Below are positions 6,040-15,753 of a stretch of 25,180 nucleotides of DNA, piece by piece; the stretch's first letter is position 1, and each line of letters opens with the position of its first letter. The position numbers and the translations under genes were made by a program. The notes under the pieces were generated by a model, which saw nothing but the letters and a program-made list of their open reading frames with translations, was not told the origin of the DNA and did no database searches. Origin of the DNA: a virus (Duplodnaviria > Caudoviricetes); the IMG/VR virus record IMGVR_UViG_3300032332_000337, positions 1-25,180 of that record. One strand, 5' to 3'.

Positions 6040-8649
6040 TCAATCTCTCTTTTGAACGCCAGCGCCTGGCTCAAGTCTACGTTTCATTTTGCGAGCTTCA
6101 AACATTTGGCCAATTTTACCAGCGGCACCACTTGCTAATGGTGGCAAACCCTTTGCAGCAAGAGCAACGTCTGCCGCTCGAGTCGCCATGCCGCCGCCCT
6201 GTTGAGCCAGTTGAGCAACAAAAGTATTTGAGTTGTTTACAAAAGATCCAGTTGGTTGCGCTTTTGTTTTATAAAGCACGTCGCCAAGCACTCGCAAATC
6301 TTCAACGGTTTCTGGCTTTGCGCCAACCTTGAGCTTTTCTTCAAGCGTTTTAAAAGTTTTGTTATAGGTGGCCTGATTGACGTTTGATTTTTCTACCAGA
6401 CCGCCTTTTTCACGCAAATGGTTGATCAACGCGGATTCAATGTTGAGAGCGCCAACAGAACCCTCGCCAAACGTGCTTCGCATCAATGCAACCTGACTAG
6501 CCGGTGCGGTTTTGGAAAACACGTGCTTTTCCATGAACGTGTCAGGTGGCGCACCATTGACCGCAGCGTCGTATGCCGGATCTGCTGCTAAAGCATCAAA
6601 CCGTTCTCTTGCTGCGTTTCTAGCTTGATCGGCAATGGATTTTAAGCCTTGAGCTTCTTGCAACAACGGCAAGTCTTCAAGCGCTTGGCGTACTAGGCTA
6701 AGAGCATATTTTGTGTTGCCGTCACCAGCTCGTTCAGCCTTACGCATTTCAGCCGCAAGATTAGTTCTTAGCGCTTCAAACTTTTGGAAAGTCAAAGGTT
6801 CGCCAGACTCAAATCTTTCCAGCCTTTTTTCAAACGATTCTGGTAAGAATTCCGTTTTTAAATTTTCATCAAGCAGATTTCTTGCATTCTGAACAAACTG
6901 CGGTGCATCAATCGGAAAATTGCCGCCAGCGGCATCTTTAAGAGCTTTGTATTTTTGATTAATGTCTAAATTGCGAGCGTTGTCGATGGCTTGATATTCG
7001 TTGATCTGCCTGACGCCGTGGTCAAACATTGAACCGCCAACTTCGTTCTGAGTGGCTCGGTCGTGCAATCGGTCTACCGCTGATTTGAGCTTTGCGTCTT
7101 GCTGGTTGAAACGCTCAGAAAGCGCAGGGTATTTACCGCGCTCGTTCATTTCAAACGACAACGCACCAGGATTTTGCGTGGCCTGACCTTCTGTAAAGAA
7201 ATCAGGACCAAGACCCAACCGTTCTGCTTGCAAATGGCTTTCCAACGCTGGCAAATTGATTTGACTACGGTCAACTCCTTGCAGCCGCGCTTGCAGTTGT
7301 GGGCTGGCTTGCGCGATAGCCGCGTCAATTGCCGCCACGTCTGTGACCGACGCCGCTCCAACGCTTCCTAGTGGCGCTGTAAGCCCTGCCGCCGGCGCAA
7401 CAGATGCCTTGGCTTGTTGAGCCTTGACCGCTTGCAATTCGCGTTGGGTTGGCGCGTTTGCGGCTTCGGCCAATGCCGTTTCCTTGGCTGCTTTTTGTTC
7501 TGCCAATTGACGCTGGACGTCAGCATAAACAACGCGAGGTTTTGGTTGCCCCGGTGTCGGAGCTGCCGGAGCTGGTGCGCCGATGCCTGGCTCAACCCGT
7601 GGTGCTGGTGCCTTGGCTGCAAACTGGTCGCGCAATGCTTGCTCGGCGCCATAGGTGGCTGCGCCGGCTTTCTGGCCAACCTTGGCTGCGCCAGGAATCG
7701 GCAACAGCCCAAGCGACCCAATCATATTCTCGACGTCGCCAACCGGAATGCCAGTCTTTTCAGCAATCCAAGCTGCGCCTTTGCCGACGTTCTCGCCGAT
7801 GTAGTTTGTCAGTCTACGGGTGGCTTCGGCTTTATAAGCCGGATCTTCGCTGATACCCAAAGCTCGGCCAAACGGGTCCGTACGCTTTTCAACAAACTCA
7901 GCCACCGATTTCTGAGCTTGTTCAGCAGGAACGCCCATCGCACGTTGTATCGCATAACTTCCCTGACCAACAAGACCAGTAAGACCGCCAGCAGCAACGT
8001 CAGCCATACTGACGATGCCTTTCCCGAGATCGGCTATTGAGCCGACCTTATACTCCGTCTTAGGCGCTGCTGGTTGTTGAGCGACTGTTGTGGTTGGGAT
8101 TTGATCCGCTGTTGCCGCTGGAGCCGTTTGAGCGGGTTTTGGAGCCAATCTGTCCTGCATAATCTTGCGGATTAGATTGCCCTCTGGGACGCCAGACGAT
8201 GTAAATTGCACCGGCTTCGGTGCCGCTGGCTTGGCTGGCTCCTCGGCTTTCTCTGTGCCGAGAATCAACGCGCTGATCTCGTCAGTCGGTGCCGCCGGCA
8301 TCTTAGACTTGACCTTGTTGATATACCCAGATGGGTTCTTGGTCACAAAGCCACCGTACTGCGCCAGCGCTTTGTCAACATCGCCGTTGTTCTTGTCTAG
8401 CAGCGTCTGCAAGTAACCTCGAGCTGCTTCCCGCGCTTGTGGCTCGTTGAATGGATCAAACTTGACGCCTTGGTTCTGCAACGTCTTAACCGTACCAGGC
8501 ATAAATTGGTACGCACCCATTGCACCTGATTGCGGATTGACCGCGCGAGGGTTGCCGCCGCTCTCTACTGCCTTAACAGCGTCCAGCAATTGGTCTGTGA
8601 CAACGGTCTTGGATGGCTTCCCAAGAATCAGTTCTGAGACTTCATCCAT
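6040..8649 (-). CDS. Large internal virion/DNA ejection protein with an N-terminal SLT lytic transglycosylase domain
   Basis: Motifs VESGGNPRAVN, GAMGAYQFMPGT and ALAQY in the first ~115 aa; third of three ejection genes (P22 gp16 position). Confidence 0.85.
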   Translation of the reverse strand: MDEVSELILGKPSKTVVTDQLLDAVKAVESGGNPRAVNPQSGAMGAYQFMPGTVKTLQNQGVKFDPFNEPQAREAARGYLQTLLDKNNGDVDKALAQYGGFVTKNPSGYINKVKSKMPAAPTDEISALILGTEKAEEPAKPAAPKPVQFTSSGVPEGNLIRKIMQDRLAPKPAQTAPAATADQIPTTTVAQQPAAPKTEYKVGSIADLGKGIVSMADVAAGGLTGLVGQGSYAIQRAMGVPAEQAQKSVAEFVEKRTDPFGRALGISEDPAYKAEATRRLTNYIGENVGKGAAWIAEKTGIPVGDVENMIGSLGLLPIPGAAKVGQKAGAATYGAEQALRDQFAAKAPAPRVEPGIGAPAPAAPTPGQPKPRVVYADVQRQLAEQKAAKETALAEAANAPTQRELQAVKAQQAKASVAPAAGLTAPLGSVGAASVTDVAAIDAAIAQASPQLQARLQGVDRSQINLPALESHLQAERLGLGPDFFTEGQATQNPGALSFEMNERGKYPALSERFNQQDAKLKSAVDRLHDRATQNEVGGSMFDHGVRQINEYQAIDNARNLDINQKYKALKDAAGGNFPIDAPQFVQNARNLLDENLKTEFLPESFEKRLERFESGEPLTFQKFEALRTNLAAEMRKAERAGDGNTKYALSLVRQALEDLPLLQEAQGLKSIADQARNAARERFDALAADPAYDAAVNGAPPDTFMEKHVFSKTAPASQVALMRSTFGEGSVGALNIESALINHLREKGGLVEKSNVNQATYNKTFKTLEEKLKVGAKPETVEDLRVLGDVLYKTKAQPTGSFVNNSNTFVAQLAQQGGGMATRAADVALAAKGLPPLASGAAGKIGQMFEARKMKRRLEPGAGVQKRD

Positions 8650-10157
8650 TACAGAGATCCAGTTTGCTCAAGACGCAGAATGTTTTGATATTTGCGGTTG
8701 AATTCTTCGCGCTCTTTCGGCGTGGCATTCTTCAAGATCTCATTTGCCACTTTGACGCGCTCAGCCTTGTCTTGAATCAACTTCGGCAGCGCCATAATCT
8801 CAAAGATGCGAGAGTCGGCATTCTTGGACCACGTTTGCTTGAATGCGTTGTGGTTAGCGTCACCAAAGTTCTGTGCGAAGTTTGCCGCCGCCCTGCCTTC
8901 CAGCTCGGTCGCCAGCACGTCAGCATAAGAACGTCTGGCAATTGACTTCAGAACATTTGGAGGGTAAGTCTCGTCGCCGTTAGCGTGTCTGGCAAGAGCC
9001 TGGCCAGACACGGTATCCAACGAGCCGCCCTTGGATTGGATCATCCCAATCTGAACGTTAGCAAGATCCTTTGACAGTTGTTTGTAATCCTCGCTGCCAA
9101 AGAATCCGCGCACGTTACGTTCCATCGAACCAGCAGCACCGGCTTGAAAATACGATTGCTGTTGGATCTTGTTGGCTTTGTCAATGACTTCTTCAATGCT
9201 GCGTCGAGCCGTGGTCATTGCCGGTTGCATTGACACCAGATCACCAACGTATTTCTGACCCGCAGCTCGGTCTGCTTCTTCGCCTTGAACCGGCAAGAAT
9301 GGTTGACCTTGTTGACGCACGGGATAACGCAATGCCGGCATGGTCATAGCGCCAGCAGTAACGCCTTGTGGCTGCGCCGGAGCTTCCGGTTGCATCAATG
9401 GAACACCCGGACCCTGCTTTGCTGCTGGCCCTGTTTCGCTCAACCCTCTTTCAATGAAAGTCGGCTTTACAACTCCTTGCGTTGCCGTTGCTTCTAGTGG
9501 CGCTGCCGGCAATCCGGGTCTTGGACCAACTTGCAATGGTGCAAACCGATTCCCGCCAGGCTCTGCCACGGCGTAACCCGGAACGCCACCAGCGCTGACG
9601 TTCGGAGCGCCAGCCGGTGCGAGCAATTGCTGTTGCTGGCCAGCAGTCTGAGATGCCATCAAATTGCGGAACATCCATTCTTTAACCGGCGTCGGATCGC
9701 CAGCTTCTTTGGCTTTCGCAATTTGGCTATACAACGATGCCGCAAAATACTCGGCAGCATCAGCAGGAACGCCGGCGGCAATTGCTCGCTCTTTGGCGCT
9801 CATCACGTCTTTGATTGCTGCTTGAGGATTGGCAGCAGGATTAGCAAATGAATTTAGCTGAATCAACGGCGCAAAATTGTCACGCAACGTCTGCTCAACG
9901 CTACCGGCAAAAGCCTTTCCTGCCGCTTTTTCCCCTGTGACCGCTGTGCCGCTCAGCGCTTTCTGCCGAGCAATTTCAGCAGCTTGCGTATCGCGAGCAA
10001 TGCCAAGTTCAATCCGCGCTTTCTCAGCTTGAATTGGATTAAGGGTTTGCTCTTGTTGCAGCGCTTGTGCGCCTCGAGCTAAGTTCAGCAGGTTGCCAGC
10101 AGAGCCAAGAAAATCAATCGGCTTGACGCCCAGCGGAATGGTTGGATCAAGTGCCAT
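8649..10157 (-). CDS. DNA ejection/transfer protein (P22 gp20 position)
   Basis: Ala/Gln/Gly-rich and helical; synteny. Confidence 0.7.
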   Translation of the reverse strand: MALDPTIPLGVKPIDFLGSAGNLLNLARGAQALQQEQTLNPIQAEKARIELGIARDTQAAEIARQKALSGTAVTGEKAAGKAFAGSVEQTLRDNFAPLIQLNSFANPAANPQAAIKDVMSAKERAIAAGVPADAAEYFAASLYSQIAKAKEAGDPTPVKEWMFRNLMASQTAGQQQQLLAPAGAPNVSAGGVPGYAVAEPGGNRFAPLQVGPRPGLPAAPLEATATQGVVKPTFIERGLSETGPAAKQGPGVPLMQPEAPAQPQGVTAGAMTMPALRYPVRQQGQPFLPVQGEEADRAAGQKYVGDLVSMQPAMTTARRSIEEVIDKANKIQQQSYFQAGAAGSMERNVRGFFGSEDYKQLSKDLANVQIGMIQSKGGSLDTVSGQALARHANGDETYPPNVLKSIARRSYADVLATELEGRAAANFAQNFGDANHNAFKQTWSKNADSRIFEIMALPKLIQDKAERVKVANEILKNATPKEREEFNRKYQNILRLEQTGSL

Positions 10158-10160
10158 GAT

Positions 10161-10985
10161 TTAAGCCGCGTGATAATTGAAATCGCCAAGCATAGATGTT
10201 TGCTGCGCTCCGGCGATTGCGGGAGTTTGCTGTTGCTGGTTAGGATTCCGCAACGCCTGAAGGTAGTTGTAACCACCGATGTTACCCAACGCGCCACCGT
10301 AAGCGTTTGCCGCTGCAACCTGACCGGCACCTTGAACTGCCGCCGAACCAGTCGCCAAGCTCGATAGGTTAGTACCAAGCGCTTGGTTTGCCGCGTTGAC
10401 TGCCGACTGCCCAGTCTGGCCAATCCCAGCAATTCCTGCCAGCGTGTTGTAAATGTCCTTACGCTGACCTGAGAAGTTGTTGAAAGCGTTTTGATAAGCG
10501 TTGCTGGCGTAATCTTCGGCAAAACGCGTGATACCGCGATCAATGTCGCTGCCACCGCTGCCGCCAGCATTTAGACGTTGGCGTGCTGCCCTCTGCCCTT
10601 CTTTCAACATGAACTCGTAATTAGGGGCTAGATTTGTTTTGAGATCTTCGGGTCCAAACTGTTTTGTAAGATAACCGGATCCAGTCTGCATCATTGGCTG
10701 ACCGTTGGCATCCATGATTGGCTTGCCTTGCGCATCAAACATTGGCGTTTGACCGCCCAGCATCCCGCCGATCTGACTCAGCGACGTATAACCAAGACTA
10801 CGATATGGAGCTTGCTGCTGATTGATTAGATCAAATTGACGTTGCTGAAGATCGGCAGCGTACCGAGCCGCGTCTGCCTGAGTGTTTGCTGATGATCGCG
10901 CAGCACCAGCACCCAAAGCGCCACCAAGCAGACTAAGACCGCCACCAATGACTGCTGGACTAGAAATTAGGGCCATGAACGGCAT
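10161..10985 (-). CDS. DNA ejection/transfer protein, P22 gp7-like
   Basis: Gly/Ala hydrophobic N-terminus, QAPYRSLG and PNYEFMLKEG motifs; synteny. Confidence 0.78.
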   Translation of the reverse strand: MPFMALISSPAVIGGGLSLLGGALGAGAARSSANTQADAARYAADLQQRQFDLINQQQAPYRSLGYTSLSQIGGMLGGQTPMFDAQGKPIMDANGQPMMQTGSGYLTKQFGPEDLKTNLAPNYEFMLKEGQRAARQRLNAGGSGGSDIDRGITRFAEDYASNAYQNAFNNFSGQRKDIYNTLAGIAGIGQTGQSAVNAANQALGTNLSSLATGSAAVQGAGQVAAANAYGGALGNIGGYNYLQALRNPNQQQQTPAIAGAQQTSMLGDFNYHAA

Positions 10986-10987
10986 GA

Positions 10988-11344
10988 TTAAATTCCTTTG
11001 CTGATTAACACAGCATCAATTGCATCTTCGTCTGTTTCGTCTGTTGCATGGATGCAAAACCAAACGCAATCCTGCAACGCTTCAATCTTGTGGTGCGTGC
11101 CGGCTTTGATCTCAATGCACGCTGGAGCGTTGTAACTTTCGACAAAATCATCAGTCGAAACAATGACTTGACCCGATGCCAGTATACTCAAATGGGAATA
11201 AACGTGCTTGTGGGTCGCAGCAACGTATCCCCTAGGGATAAACATTTGCTTGGCATAGACGCCGCCTGAGAAATGATGCTCCACCTGCGGATCGGCATCA
11301 AATCGGCCAGCAATCCCTTTTACAAAATCATCGACTTTCATCAA
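10988..11344 (-). CDS. Cupin (RmlC-like) domain protein
   Basis: Motifs THKHVYSHLSILASG and IEIKAGTHHKIEAL match the two His-bearing cupin motifs. Confidence 0.8.
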   Translation of the reverse strand: MMKVDDFVKGIAGRFDADPQVEHHFSGGVYAKQMFIPRGYVAATHKHVYSHLSILASGQVIVSTDDFVESYNAPACIEIKAGTHHKIEALQDCVWFCIHATDETDEDAIDAVLISKGI

Positions 11345-11868
11345 TTGTACAGCGGCAAGTAATAAGTTGTACCGTCACAAACAACCGGCAACCATTTTGC
11401 AATCACCGTATGAGTGCCGGATGCTGCTAAGTTATTGACTGTCACGGTGCTGGACGTCGTGAGCGTGGTTGCGCTGACTGACGTGCCGGCAACCGATCCA
11501 CCCGTAATTGCTACGCTGTTGGCGTTCTGCGTTGCCATGGTGCCAAGACCAGAAACGTCGCCAACCGGAATCGTTGCGCTCGCCGTGAGCGGCGTCGTGC
11601 CGGCGCCTTTCACATAGCCCGTCAACGTATTAGCTCCAGTACCACCAGACGCCACATTGAGCTTGCCGCCCAACGTAACCGCACCAGATGATGCCGCCGA
11701 TGGCGTCAGCCCAGTTGTGCCGCCGGAAACAGTATTCACCAGCCCAACGCCGACCGTAAGCGTCTGCACGTTAGGGTTTTGCAACCAGATCAACCATTCC
11801 CGCGCTGGCCGGCTTGTGACCGGATCAAGAAATGGCGATTGTGGGTATCGCAGATAAGTCGTGGCCAT
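11341..11868 (-). CDS. Tail needle/short fibre-like protein (P22 gp26 position)
   Basis: Follows the gp10-like gene; Gly/Thr/Ser fibre motifs (LNVASGGTG, GLGTMATQNANSVAITGG). Confidence 0.6.
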   Translation of the reverse strand: MATTYLRYPQSPFLDPVTSRPAREWLIWLQNPNVQTLTVGVGLVNTVSGGTTGLTPSAASSGAVTLGGKLNVASGGTGANTLTGYVKGAGTTPLTASATIPVGDVSGLGTMATQNANSVAITGGSVAGTSVSATTLTTSSTVTVNNLAASGTHTVIAKWLPVVCDGTTYYLPLYN

Positions 11869-13343
11869 TAGTTATCACCCACGCTTGCCTTGAGGTTTGC
11901 CGAGATGATCGCTGCCTTGACCGGATCGCTAATAGACACTTCCCAGACCCGATCTCTGGCCATGCCAAGCCGACGCCAGATTGCTCGATTTTGGTACTTG
12001 CCAATCTTGCCGATGGTTGTCCAATGCTCGTTTGAATAAGTGGAGCCACCGTCATTTGACCAGCGCAGCATCGCCTGTGGATCTTTACCTTGTCCAGTGC
12101 TTAGACCAACGCCAGGTTGGAATTGGATTTGCAGCTCCTCAAAATACTGTCTCTGAAAGTCAGAAACCAAGTGAGGAGTCCGACGCAGACGCCGAATTGG
12201 GTTGCCGCCCTCGGTGAACACCTCGGTATCTACAATGTAGATCTTGCCGTTCTGGTAGTCGCCAACCAAGTTGTACGTGTTAAAGAACGTCGCACAATTT
12301 CCGCGATTGCGCTGGAAGTTGTTCAACGGGTCCAAGCTCATCCACTTAAACCAGAGCTTTGTTGTGGAGTCATAGACCCACGTCAAATTGGCTTGCGGGA
12401 AGGTGACGATGTACCACTCATGCCCCGTAATCTGCATTGAGTAAGCAATCGCGTCAGAGACGTCGTAACCAATCAGCGAGTTCTCAACCGCGTGGGTTGA
12501 TAGTCTAATAAATTGGTAACCATTGATGGTGCCGATGGTTGCGTGACCCAATAGATCCCGCGTGACAAACATAAACGACTCGGACCATCGAGCTACGCTG
12601 AATGGCGCGTTGATGCCGTGCTGAATAAATGTGCCGCTGATCGGCGCAAATGGGAAGCTGGCAATTGTCGGGTCGGTGCCTGGTGACTCAACCCAGACCT
12701 CGGTCGTGTATTCGCCAAATAAGAATAGCTGCTGGTGATCAAAGAACAACGAGACCAGATTGTCCGACCCGCCATCTTTGCGACCGTAGAGCGTGCTGGT
12801 CGTATAAGCCGAGCCAGGATCGGTTGACGTGAATAGCTGGCTGTTTGGCTTGTTGTAAACCACGTAGCCGTTGGCGTAATCGCAAACCGTCGCATCAGCC
12901 CATGGTCCATCGCTGGATAGTTGAGTAAACGTGCTGGTTGTCAGATTGTAAATATACCGCGCAGATCCATCGACAATATAGGCCACAACGCCGTTGGAAG
13001 CCCCGTCATCGGTCGTTTGAGTCTCGGTGATGCTAACGGGTCCGCTCGACGTGATAAGCGTTCCAACCTCGGTATAAGACCAGTCTGCAAGAATGACGTA
13101 CAGCTTGTTCGCGGCAACCGCGACCATTTGCCCGAATGGATTGATCGCTCGCATTCCACGCACGGGACCGTTTGGCAGCGTGACAATCGTTTGGTAACCG
13201 GGAGTCGGCAGCAACGCGATGACGCCGCGCGATCCATCGGGTTTTACCGGATCAATCTCGGGATACCAGTTGATGCACTCTTGGGCATCTTGGTAGATGG
13301 TTGGAGCTTCGTAAGACGCCCCAACAAATCCAAAATCAGCCAT
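11868..13343 (-). CDS. Packaged-DNA stabilisation / tail hub protein, P22 gp10-like
   Basis: 491 aa; motifs ECINWYPE, TWVYD and MLRWSNDGGSTYS...IGKIGKYQNRAIWRRLG; synteny. Confidence 0.88.
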   Translation of the reverse strand: MADFGFVGASYEAPTIYQDAQECINWYPEIDPVKPDGSRGVIALLPTPGYQTIVTLPNGPVRGMRAINPFGQMVAVAANKLYVILADWSYTEVGTLITSSGPVSITETQTTDDGASNGVVAYIVDGSARYIYNLTTSTFTQLSSDGPWADATVCDYANGYVVYNKPNSQLFTSTDPGSAYTTSTLYGRKDGGSDNLVSLFFDHQQLFLFGEYTTEVWVESPGTDPTIASFPFAPISGTFIQHGINAPFSVARWSESFMFVTRDLLGHATIGTINGYQFIRLSTHAVENSLIGYDVSDAIAYSMQITGHEWYIVTFPQANLTWVYDSTTKLWFKWMSLDPLNNFQRNRGNCATFFNTYNLVGDYQNGKIYIVDTEVFTEGGNPIRRLRRTPHLVSDFQRQYFEELQIQFQPGVGLSTGQGKDPQAMLRWSNDGGSTYSNEHWTTIGKIGKYQNRAIWRRLGMARDRVWEVSISDPVKAAIISANLKASVGDN

Positions 13344-14317
13344 TACACAAACCCGCCGGTCAAGATCCAGCTCGCGTCCTTGGCTTTACCGCTGAACAGA
13401 ACGTCAGGGAATTGAGCAACCATACTTGGACGCATATTGGTGCGCTTAAGCGTTGCTTTAGCTTGAGCTGCATAGGCGTTAATCATCGCCAGTTGGGTCG
13501 TAGAACCCTTGCCGTACATTGGGCATAGACGCTCAGCCAAGCACCAGCGCAAAGCCATTAGATAGCCCTGTGGCAGCGCTATAGACTCGTACAGGTTGCC
13601 GTAGCGCCGAAACATTGTGTCGGCAAACACGTGCATCTCGCCCTGCGCCGGAGCTGGCCAAACGTAGATTGTTCCGAGAAGCTCTGCCGGCTGGTAATAG
13701 AGTGCTTTGGGCCATGGTCCGTTTAGATTCTTAAGACCGATAAGCTCGTATTGATCTAGACCAATGACTGCAACAGGGTAATCCAGCGAGTTCTGCGAAT
13801 AGCTCGGAGCGCCAGAGGATTGTGCAACGCGCACAAATGCGCTGTTGATGCTGACTGGTCGCTGATAGCTGGCCGTGATTGTCGTGCTGGCAACGGTCTG
13901 CGATGTGCTGACAGTATACGTACCAAGTTCGTTAATGTTGCCACCGGCGCCGGTATTGAATTGCACGATGGTCGTGCCAGATGCGATGCCCGTGCCAACC
14001 AGCGTCTGCCCGAGCTGCACCGAGCCGCTGGTCAGAGCCGTGACCGTTAGCGTCGTGCCGGAGATGCTGCCGGTGAATACCGCACCAACCTGACCACCTG
14101 GCCCGATGGTGTATTGCACCTGATTCTGGACAATTGGAAAGATGATCTCAGTCTGATAGCTGATCATCATCCGTTCGTTCGACCACTGGTCCAGAATGTC
14201 GTTCAGCATATCAAACGCATCTTGAGCTGCGTCAGATGTTGGCGTTTCGCCGGCCTCAAGCGCACCAATGTCTTTTAACGACCGCGAGATAATTTCAATT
14301 GGCGCAGTCATGGTCAA
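13343..14317 (-). CDS. Head-to-tail adaptor, P22 gp4-like, with an inserted Thr/Gly-rich beta domain
   Basis: Motifs IISRSLKDIGAL, LNDILDQW and LPQGYLMALRWCLAERLCPMYG; upstream of the gp10-like gene. Confidence 0.75.
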   Translation of the reverse strand: MTMTAPIEIISRSLKDIGALEAGETPTSDAAQDAFDMLNDILDQWSNERMMISYQTEIIFPIVQNQVQYTIGPGGQVGAVFTGSISGTTLTVTALTSGSVQLGQTLVGTGIASGTTIVQFNTGAGGNINELGTYTVSTSQTVASTTITASYQRPVSINSAFVRVAQSSGAPSYSQNSLDYPVAVIGLDQYELIGLKNLNGPWPKALYYQPAELLGTIYVWPAPAQGEMHVFADTMFRRYGNLYESIALPQGYLMALRWCLAERLCPMYGKGSTTQLAMINAYAAQAKATLKRTNMRPSMVAQFPDVLFSGKAKDASWILTGGFV

Positions 14318-15381
14318 TACTCAATGATCACAAAACCGTTAAGCGTCGGAGGAGACGCCCCGTTAAACAATGCCTGCACCGGAACAATGTTGGTTGTCCC
14401 TCGGCATTGATTGGCTAGTGTCCCGTCAAAAGTCTTGTCGATGTAATTCGCCGAGCCAATCGAGAATGTTGAGTTTAGAGCCGTGCCGCCTGCCGGCCCT
14501 GGCGTGCTGCTGGTGCCTGGACCTTGCGCCGTCAGATACGATCCAATGCTTGTATTGCCACCGCCAGAACCAACGGTAATTGCAATGGAAGCGCCAGGCG
14601 TGACGGTGATGAACCCAGCAGCAACCGTGAAAACCAGAATTGTGCCGTTTGAGTAAACGCCGCTACCAATCGTGGCTCGCAGCCTGGTAACGCCAGACGG
14701 GACCGTAAACGTGTCTGATCCGCTGGTGACCTTGTAATACAACAGAAATTGCAGAACGCCTGTGCTAATCGTTGGCGTGACCGAAACAGCCGAGATAACC
14801 TCATTGTTTGTACCGCCAATCGTGATCGTTGTGCCATCAGGACGCAGCGCACCAATCTGGGCTGTCGTGGCAACCGGCAACGCTGCACGCTTGATGATTG
14901 CATCGTAATTGAGCGCTGACGATACCGAGTCACGGTATAAGTAGCCGCCACCGCTGCTAGGCAACGATTGGCCAGTTGTTGACAGCGTGCTGCCAACGTA
15001 GCTCAAACCAGAGCCAACCGTGACGTTGCCGATACCGCCCGATCCATCGCCACGCAGAATTGACGTGCCGCTCGTAATGCCCGTCAGATCATTGATGCCA
15101 GAAATGTTGTCATAACTGCCAATCGTTACCGCGGCAGCAGTCTGGAGCACAAACTTATAAGACACTCCGACCGTCAGCCAAACCTCGTTGGCGGTGCGCC
15201 CAGCGGCATCCAGCACGATTGGGTTGGCATTGGCAATGGTTCCCGCGCTGCTGGTATACGTCGCTTGTGGCGTCGTTGTTCCTGCGGTGTACGTGTACAG
15301 CAGTCCACCGGCCAGCGGAATTCCGAGATTGTCGAAAAACTGCCAACCGGCACCAGCTAACGGGGATAGTTTGACGGCCAT
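14314..15381 (-). CDS. Tail fibre/tailspike with a conserved virion-attachment N-terminus
   Basis: N-terminal QFFDNLGIPLAGGLLYTYTAGTTTP...NANPIVLDAAGR; C-terminal Gly-rich domain (TFTVPSGVTRL...GFVIIEY). Confidence 0.75.
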   Translation of the reverse strand: MAVKLSPLAGAGWQFFDNLGIPLAGGLLYTYTAGTTTPQATYTSSAGTIANANPIVLDAAGRTANEVWLTVGVSYKFVLQTAAAVTIGSYDNISGINDLTGITSGTSILRGDGSGGIGNVTVGSGLSYVGSTLSTTGQSLPSSGGGYLYRDSVSSALNYDAIIKRAALPVATTAQIGALRPDGTTITIGGTNNEVISAVSVTPTISTGVLQFLLYYKVTSGSDTFTVPSGVTRLRATIGSGVYSNGTILVFTVAAGFITVTPGASIAITVGSGGGNTSIGSYLTAQGPGTSSTPGPAGGTALNSTFSIGSANYIDKTFDGTLANQCRGTTNIVPVQALFNGASPPTLNGFVIIEY

Positions 15382-15384
15382 GAT

Positions 15385-15750
15385 TTACGCCTGGCTGATT
15401 TTGTAAGCGGCAACCAGTGCGTCATAGTTAGAACCAATCTGCGCTTTCAAGACGTCACGGATGCGAACAGATTTATTCTGTTCAGCTTTTTCAGTGCGAA
15501 CCAGAACGCGCAAACGGTCGCGGTACTGCAAATCGCCAATCGCAGACACTTGTTCGTCGGGGAGCTCATGCGGCAAGTCTTCGGTTTTGATGGTCCGAAA
15601 TGCTTCCAAATATGCCGGCCAATCGCCAGCCGGAAGCGCCTCGAGCATTGCAGCATAGTTGTCAATATTGAGCTGATAGCCGTAGATTTCCATTTCTCGA
15701 TGGAAAGCATTCATGACTAGGCCAGCTTGTTTCTCTTGGTCGGTGATCAT
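15385..15750 (-). CDS. Hypothetical helical protein (121 aa), possible fibre chaperone or partner
   Basis: Charged, helical ORF tightly packed between adhesin genes. Confidence 0.7.
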   Translation of the reverse strand: MITDQEKQAGLVMNAFHREMEIYGYQLNIDNYAAMLEALPAGDWPAYLEAFRTIKTEDLPHELPDEQVSAIGDLQYRDRLRVLVRTEKAEQNKSVRIRDVLKAQIGSNYDALVAAYKISQA

Positions 15751-15753
15751 GAT

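Noticed and set aside
7414-8040. Plus-strand 208-aa ORF and other plus-strand ORFs across the structural region
   Set aside because: Antisense shadows of well-supported genes, with no RBS or recognisable motifs.
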